IMG/VR virus record: IMGVR_UViG_3300028394_000042
Source: a virus
Direction: 5' to 3' (one strand)
Length of the DNA stretch: 64,000 bases
Of this stretch, positions 62,736-64,000 are shown piece after piece. A model generated the notes under the pieces. The model was not told where the DNA came from and searched no databases. It saw only the letters and a list, made by a program, of their open reading frames with translations. How positions within the stretch are numbered: the stretch's first letter is position 1; each line of letters begins with the position of its first letter. The position numbers and the translations under genes were made by a program.

Positions 62736-62995
62736 AATAAAAAGCAGGTTGAACGTTAGCAACAGAACCGCTCGTGTCCTGTTTGTGCTCGATATCGGCC
62801 GGGGCGAAAGGAAACGGTTGAACTCCGTAAAAAACCCAGCAACCAACGTTCGGCGCCCACGGCTAGCTCAAGTGGGTGCAAGTTTTGGAGGAAGGAAAAC
62901 AAAACTCTGCGGTTACACTCCTGCGAGCAACGGGCGTAAAAGTGAGGATTGCTTTTACGTGCGCTCAAGCTGGCACCTCGCCGCAACTCTCCTGC
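62736..62995 (-). ncRNA. Putative structured non-coding RNA, about 260 nt; strand uncertain
   Basis: Gene-free gap with a closing helix plus U-tract and four 7-9 bp internal stems. Confidence 0.55.
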
Positions 62996-63019
62996 AAGGA
63001 CAAAGATATCAAAATCCGG

Positions 63020-63667
63020 TCATTCTGGCGCGTCGAAAACTCCAGCAAAGAACCTACCGTGCAAATGAACTTCGTCGTAAGCGTAATCGCCTGTAAGCGT
63101 GGCCCGCGGAATCCAGTCGCGCAGCTTGAAATTGTGCAGAATCATGTTGGGTTTAATCGTGTGCAAATGACCTTCATAGGGCGGCATGTCAGTCCACTCG
63201 AAAATCCTGACGCGCTTGGCTACCTGCATAGCGTTCGCCAAGATAAGCTGCGGGTCTATCACGTGTTGCAGGCAGTTGTAGATCCAAGCCTCGTCAAACG
63301 TGCCCAGTATCTCGCGGGGGCCGGGGAGCGTGATGTCTTCGCCCCGCATGCAAATACGCGTAATGTTCCAGCCCTGCTCTGCCAGTATCCTATAAGGCTC
63401 ATCCAGCGACCCGTAGTCCAGCGGGTCGAGACACACAGCGCGCTTGGCCTGAATACTCTGCAGCAGTGAAAACGGCCCGCAGCCAATGTCCAGTACGCTC
63501 TTGTCGCGAATATCAGCTGGCCGGATGCTCATCAGGCCCGCGACGATCTGGCCTTTCTTGATCTCCATGCCGTGATGCTCAGGATAAGTGTGCCACCACG
63601 TGCGTTCCCACTTCTGCGCGTCTTCCCACTGTTTGAGCAGCGGTAGATCGGGGGTTTCTGCCGTCAT
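63020..63667 (-). CDS. Class I SAM-dependent methyltransferase, 215 aa
   Basis: VLDIGCGP motif I, LDPL, FDEAWIYNCLQHVIDP. Confidence 0.88.
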   Translation of the reverse strand: MTAETPDLPLLKQWEDAQKWERTWWHTYPEHHGMEIKKGQIVAGLMSIRPADIRDKSVLDIGCGPFSLLQSIQAKRAVCLDPLDYGSLDEPYRILAEQGWNITRICMRGEDITLPGPREILGTFDEAWIYNCLQHVIDPQLILANAMQVAKRVRIFEWTDMPPYEGHLHTIKPNMILHNFKLRDWIPRATLTGDYAYDEVHLHGRFFAGVFDAPE

Positions 63668-63822
63668 TTGTTGTTTTCTTTCTTTGCGTCTATTTCTGCT
63701 GCTTCTTCTTCCGTGATCTCGCGCTTCGGAAATACGTCACGGATGTCTGGTCGCGTGTCGATAGCCGCCCACATTTCGCACCACCGGGCAAACAACGTAT
63801 CGTGTAAATCCGGGGCTGTCAT
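63664..63822 (-). CDS. 52-aa hypothetical protein
   Basis: Translated manually; ATGA overlap with the methyltransferase start. Confidence 0.45.
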   Translation of the reverse strand: MTAPDLHDTLFARWCEMWAAIDTRPDIRDVFPKREITEEEAAEIDAKKENNK

Positions 63823-64000
63823 TCTTTATGCCTGTGGTTCATTTGCGTGTTTTTTCATGCTGTCAAAAAACGCCACTTCGTCTGCCGTAAGCATGTCCCG
63901 TATTGAGTTAGCCCGCAATACTTCACGCATGTCTACGTGGCTGGTTTTGAACAACTCTATCAACCCAGCATCTGTAAGAAATGCGTTCATTATTGTGGCG

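Noticed and set aside
1-64000. Numerous plus-strand ORFs (e.g. 9754-10845, 17706-18863, 37916-38752, 62876-63469)
   Set aside because: They are antisense shadows of well-supported minus-strand genes and show no recognisable motifs.
1-64000. Stop-codon reassignment
   Set aside because: TAA, TAG and TGA all end tightly packed genes, and long genes are intact under the standard code.

Overview
The window is a 64-kb piece of a large contractile-tailed (myovirus) phage genome. Every convincing gene lies on the minus strand and uses the standard genetic code. In transcription order (right to left) it contains: (i) small accessory genes, including a SAM methyltransferase, tandem paralogues and repeated gene junctions; (ii) a GIY-YIG-like homing endonuclease, then a membrane protein paired with an actin-fold ATPase; (iii) holin-like genes, a peptidoglycan-binding/matrixin protease, a papain-like protease and putative internal-head proteins; (iv) a phage multi-subunit RNA polymerase (RNAP), with beta fused to the N-terminal half of beta', and the C-terminal half of beta' in a separate intein-containing gene; (v) prohead protease, scaffold, decoration protein, major capsid protein (MCP), neck, sheath, tube, spike, chaperones, tape measure and baseplate, with a sigma-70-like gene inside the baseplate cluster. 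No portal, terminase, RNAP alpha subunit, tRNA or CRISPR array was seen. The strongest observations are: (1) by eye, the mature RNAP (about 2100 aa) and the sigma contain no cysteine and the RNAP has lost both zinc sites, which suggests a virion-packaged, injected holoenzyme; (2) K-x-A motifs recur in head-associated proteins and are putative maturation sites; (3) CsrA/RsmA-type ANGGAN hexaloop hairpins cover the ribosome-binding sites (RBS) of capsid, sheath and other genes; (4) two long structured intergenic elements (53022-53247 and 62736-62995) look like ncRNAs. A Planctomycetota host is an inference only. All calls come from reading motifs by eye; no searches were run.
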